A stretch of 31,779 nt of DNA from the NCBI GenBank assembly GCA_030704615.1, contig JAKLZA010000322.1, positions 1 through 31,779 on the forward strand, read 5' to 3'. Shown piece after piece: positions 23,502-31,779 of this stretch. Under the pieces are notes generated by a model. The model saw only the letters and a list, made by a program, of their open reading frames with translations. It made no database searches and was not told the origin of the DNA. Position 1 is the stretch's first letter; every line of letters begins with the position of its first letter. The stretch is from Takakia lepidozioides. Taxonomy: Eukaryota > Plantae > Bryophyta. Position numbers and translations under genes: made by a program.

Positions 23502-24448
23502 ACAGCTGACCGAACTCAACCTTTATTTTCCTCCCACTGGGTCTTTGGCTGCTTAGAGGTCAGTGTAGAGATGATTGATTGATTAATTTGAAGCCTGCTG
23601 TTGATAGGGGGTAGTCATTAGCTGGGGTTGGATTTGTGGCCCTCCCTTTTCTTCACTATAGGAGCAGAATGTTAGCTTATTCTGGTACAACAGTGCTATT
23701 GTCTTCACAGTATAAGTTTGTAAAAAGTGAAACGATTACAAGGGGAGAGCCAGGCAGTTTTAGGTGAGTTCTGGATATGGCCAAATTGTTGATTTTTGGA
23801 GTAGGTTTTGTGTTGAAAGACAAAAATCGATTGTAAAGCATGGCAGTTTTTGTAGATTTGTATTGATCAGTTGTGAGCTACCAGGATTGACATCCTTTTT
23901 GTGGGATGGTCCTATTGGAGCCAGTTTTGAAGGATGGTTCCCTGCCTGCCAAAGATGAAAGTAATCCGTTGTGGGAGAGCAAAAAACTTCTTAAACTAAC
24001 TTCATTTCTTGTTTGGAGCTCAGTGGGCATTCTTCGGAAAAGGACCTTTGAATTTGGAGACATCATTTTTGCTGTTGTTCTTCTACTCTCAGATAGTTGG
24101 ATCCTTTGTGGCTCCCTGCAGACACATACATCTACAGGAATAATATGTCGAGAAGAGATAATGCAATTACATACAACGGCGGCCTTCGTCTGTATCTGAA
24201 GAGATGGGTCAAGGCCTACCTCGACTTGATGGTACAAACCAATACATCCTTTGGAGCAGAGTGACACACATTCTTGCACATGTTGCCGCATCCACAACAA
24301 TTCCAGTTTGGAAGGTGTTAGAATTCACAGAGGGAGTTTCAAGCTCAGTTTCAAAGTTTAAAGAACATTTTTTCTCAGGAAACAATCTGTATCACTTGCA
24401 AGGGAAATTCTTGTTCCTTTTCTGCTGCCATGTGAAGTCATTAAGCAG

Positions 24449-24467
24449 CACACACACACACACACAC
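24449..24467. repeat. (CA)9 microsatellite
   Basis: Perfect dinucleotide run. Confidence 0.85.
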
Positions 24468-25176
24468 CCTGTACACATAAAATGTTCAATACAAGGTCGC
24501 TCCTCAGTAAAGCATGTTGCCCTGTTGCCCCATTATTCTTTTCAAAGATCAGATAGCATGAACACATTCGAAAGATAAATCTTAGGCAGCTCCAATCTGT
24601 CCGAGTCTTGTCTTATTGAGGAATGCTAGTGTAAGCTTCCCATAACTTCTCTCCTCTCAAGCAGTCTACAATAGCACTGCTCCAATGATTCAGCGATGCG
24701 TAGTAATCCAGTTTGATCTGGTCTCCAGAAGATGCTCATTTCCCGAGTACTATCTTCGCAAGCTCAGATTTTATTCTATGGACGTAGCATCGAAGTGATG
24801 AGACACATGGATACATCATGTTTGTTTGGACACGCATCCTGCGACTCGTATTCGAATACGAGTCAGAGTGACATTCCTGCACATTTCTGTTCTCAAATTT
24901 CTTAGGAAATTCAGGCTTAAGCAAATAAGTACAGTGGTGACGGTATGAACTGCACGTCATTCTGACAGTGTGTCAGAGCCGCTGAAATATCGTTGGTGAG
25001 CTCATGACAACGGAACTGCCGATTTCAAGCGCTTGACAAGGAACAGCTGGAGTGACGAGTAGCGTGTTTTCATTCACACTTTCATGGGGGAGTGTCGAGT
25101 CTGACTAGTAGGCCTTTATAGTGGAACTCTGTGATAAGTACTCGGTTCTTTGGTAGGTCCAATGGCACAGTTGACA

Positions 25177-28314
<3,138 letters not shown>

Positions 28315-29849
28315 CATTGGAGGTCAAATGAAGGGAAGTGAAAATAGGAATGGTGCGTGGCAGTATTTGCGAAGGAATGGTTGATGACAGACTACACATT
28401 AAAGGCCAGTTTTGCAGCCTAATGATGTAATGCAGCTGTGTGATGTGCAGAACCAGTACTGTGTTGAGACCTTGGTAAGAGTTCCCTTGAAATCTTCTTG
28501 TAGAGGTTGCCTGCTACTGCTCTCTCCAGCATTTTTACCTCATTATTTTTTAGCAGCAGTACAAGCTACAAACGTTCCCGGGAGTTGCATTTGATGGCTT
28601 ACATAGTACACCAACAATGCTGTAGGGCCTCAGAGTGATCACCTCTGCCAAACTGCTTCTCTATCTGTTCATGGCTGTGTTGGCTGGGGACGTCAAAGCC
28701 TACCTGCATCTACATCGTCCTAGAGCCAGAGCCAGAGAGGACAAGAGCAGTAAGGATAGAGGGGCATGGCCTGTGTTCCATTTGCGTTCGCCGAAGGAGG
28801 GGGAGGAGCTGGTTAGAACTAGTACAAGTACCCTGTACTAAGCACACTTGATCGACCCATCAATTGTGAAGTTTCAAAAGAACCTGAAAATAAGGGTAGG
28901 TTTCCACCAACCAGGTATGTACAACCATTACTTACATCATGCATTTGGTTGCCACTCCATGGCTCTAACTTAGAGCCGCGTCTTGGGAAAAAGCGGCATG
29001 CAGATGCGTTCCATGTTCCCTTAACTGAACCAAGTAATTAGTGATTGAAGCAGCCCTCGCTTAGTTGTGAGCATTGCATTGTGCAGGCACCAATTGTCCT
29101 CCTCTTGCATCGGCCCAATGCACGCACCAACAAAGCCTGAAACCTCACTAACACTATCCTGACTGCAAACAACAAATTACCAAAGCATGTGCATGCTTCA
29201 ATTGGGAAGGCTGTCTTTCATTTTCTTCAAAAAAATTCTTTACCGACATACTTTTTTGGCGTCCTAAAATTGCTTAGAGGCGTACGGTAGGCGCATACGT
29301 AGTGTACGTACGGATCTACTCCACACCTTCTGCGGTTTCGGATGGAGGAGAGAGAGACAGAGAGACAGAGAGAGACACGGATTATTGACGCTTCTGTTGA
29401 TTGATTGTGTTGATGCATGTGTTTGTGACACAGCTCCTGCTACAGTTTCGAATCGAAAGACATAGTTAAACAGAGTTGGTACGTGGTTTTCTGAAATTTC
29501 GCGGGGGAATAGACGGAGTGAAGGTTGTTTCCCGCTGATTTTGTTGTTGCACTGTGCGAGTTTGAGAGAGGTCTTGTGTACACTTCAGTAACCAGAGGAA
29601 GGGATAAAGAGAGAGGGCATAGGACACAGGATTTTAGGGAAATCCGGTCGGGAGGATACAGAGGGAGAAGAGAGGAAAGGTGCGTACAGACAGGTTTCGC
29701 GATTAGTTGGAATAGAAAGAGTTTGTTGTTTTGAGAAGAATATTGATCGAGTTGGTCGACACTATCTTTCCGAGAGGGAACAGGACGAGTTTCGGAGAGG
29801 ACCGGTTGTATTCATAAAGGTGAGCCTCCTGTTGCCTTTTGTATGGGGT

Positions 29850-31749
29850 AGCGATGCCTAGTAATCCAGTTTGATCTCGGTCTTGAGAAGATGCTCATTT
29901 CCGAGTACTGTCTTCGCCAGCTCAGATTTTATACTATGGACGTAGCATTGAAGTGATGAGACACATGGATACATCATCTTTGTTTGGCCACGCATCCCGC
30001 GATTTTGTCTATATATGTATTCGTCTCCGAGTCAGAGTAACATTCCTTCACTTTTCTGATTCTCAAGTTTCTGATTTTCAGCAAATGAGTACACAATGGT
30101 GAGGTATGAACCGCACTTGATTCTGCCAATGTGTCAAAGCCTAAGCTGAAATCGTTGGATGACCTTCCCAATTTCGTCGGTGAGCTAATGACCATCAGAG
30201 TGAGAACCAAACTGCCGATTTCAAGCGCTTGACAATGAACAGCTTGAGTGACGGGTAGCGTATTTCATTCACACTTCAGTTGGATTTCTTGAACTGGTAG
30301 GTCCAAGGCTACAACTGACAATGCCGGAGACGGAGGTGAGCAACAAGCAGGTGATATTGAAGCATTACATAGTAGGATGTCCCAAGGAATCAGACATGGG
30401 AATCCGCACCAGCAAGCTTCCATTTCAGCTGCAGGCGGGTAGCAAAGACGTGCTGCTCAAGAACCTGTATCTGTCAGCTGACCCGTACATGCGCCATCGC
30501 ATGGCTGACGACCACTCTTCTTACATCCCGCCTTTTACTCCTGGCCAGGTAAATCTCTCTATCTCTCTTAGGCTTTGTCACAGGGGACTAGGCTGAAGTT
30601 TCAACGAAGAGTGGAGACTGGGGACTAGATACGTCCCTATCGTAATTTCAGGCAGTGCCGAAAAGGGTACTTCACATCACACTCTGTAACTGCAACTCCG
30701 TCCTCTTGGTTCAAGAAGCTCCCTGAGACTACTGTGAAAGCTCTGTCCCTCCTTGGGTTTGATGGGGTAAACTCTTGTGCATCCACTTGAGAGTATGGTA
30801 ATGTAGAGGTGTTTGGACAAAACTTGGAAGGTCATAATGGAAGGTAAGCTCCAGTGAGAGTGGGACTTGTCAGCTCTAGTCTGCAACAAGAATGTCTGGT
30901 ACCAAGGCCTGCAACAGATCACTACATCAATGAAATGAGAGCAACACAAAGGGTTGATGTTTTCATCGTTTCTCATTAATAAAAGGACTTTGATGTGCAT
31001 TTCTAATCTTCATAAATGGATATCTTCACTGGATCTTATATTTTCATGAGCAATTTCAGTTTTCTTTGTGTAGGCTTTAGAAGGCTGTGATTACGTACGA
31101 GTATTTGTGTCTTCTTTTGTTTCCCTGTGCACTGAAGCTTCGTTACTGAAATCTACTGCAAACCTTAAGTACTTTGTTGCAGGGAGCACTTTAGAACAGG
31201 TAAAGTCCTACATGCACTAACCAGGGCTGCTCGCTAACAAGGAATGCAGTATCGCGTGGATATGGCTGGCAAATGAAAGGACTATCTGTTCGTCTCTATT
31301 ATGTGCAGCCGCTTGATGGGTTTGGGTTGGGCAAAGTGGTGCTTTCGAATCACCCCGATTTTAAGGAGAATGAATATGTGACAGCATGGACAAGATGGGA
31401 GGAGTACAGTGTGATTCCTGGAGGCAACACGTTGAAAGTTGTGGACCCCTCCGTTGTACCTCTCTCCTATCACTTGAGCTGTCTTGGTAATCCTCCTGGC
31501 AAATTTGTTTGAAAACTCTATGTGCGTCTCTTTCAAGGCTACCTGATCACTGTCTACTTGTCCCAGCAATCATTCTCATCTGTGCCCTATTTATAGGTAC
31601 TAGATAGACCTCCCTCTGGCTACCACTTATCTTATGCTTCCATCTGTCTTTCTATACCCTTCTTCAATGTCTGTTGAGAAGATGATCAGTAAGCTCTGAA
31701 GCACCAAGTGCTCCATCTGATTGGGCAGTGGGATACTGTGGGAGAGAAA
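29850..31749 (+). repeat. Tandem duplication homologous to ~24692-26710
   Basis: Collinear similarity begins at agcgatgc.tagtaatccagtttgatct in both copies and runs through the upstream region, exons and introns. Confidence 0.88.
30321..31486 (+). CDS. 2-alkenal reductase copy 2, partial. Exons 30321-30548 and 31309-31486; the rest lies beyond the window or is lost
   Basis: Near-identical to copy 1 exons 1 and 2 (same lengths, 228 and 178 nt; intact frame and splice sites). Confidence 0.88.
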
Positions 31750-31779
31750 TGAAATGAAATGGTGCTTTATAACGTCCGC

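Noticed and set aside
22600-24400. Possible LINE or tyrosine-recombinase remnants around the last PIS exon
   Set aside because: Only isolated short peptide resemblances, in the wrong order and among many stops.
28961-28977. Palindrome ggctctaa-c-ttagagcc
   Set aside because: An isolated 8-bp stem is expected by chance in 32 kb.

Overview
Eukaryotic nuclear DNA from a land plant, probably non-flowering (bryophyte, lycophyte, fern or gymnosperm). The lineage is inferred from the homogeneous PLS-DYW PPR array, the SARAF-like gene and G-rich splice acceptors. Left to right: (1) a decayed inverted copy of the 5' end of the PPR gene (~1.1-1.75 kb, +); (2) a spliced gene on the minus strand (~3.25-6.68 kb) whose first three exons encode a signal peptide and the six-cysteine luminal domain of SARAF/TMEM66, known in animals as a store-operated Ca2+ entry regulator; (3) a PLS-E-DYW PPR RNA-editing factor (-, 9058-11610) with a hidden 5' exon encoding a presequence-like peptide; (4) a (TC)24 repeat in the ~1 kb head-to-head gap; (5) a 10-exon phosphatidylinositol synthase gene (+, 12615-23501) whose last intron holds a degenerate antisense Ty3/gypsy chromovirus (17638-22574) with a 297-bp internal inverted duplication and no target-site duplication; (6) two tandem 2-alkenal/double-bond reductase genes, one complete and one running off the window end. 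All gene models were assembled by eye from GT-AG sites and recalled family motifs; no database searches were run.
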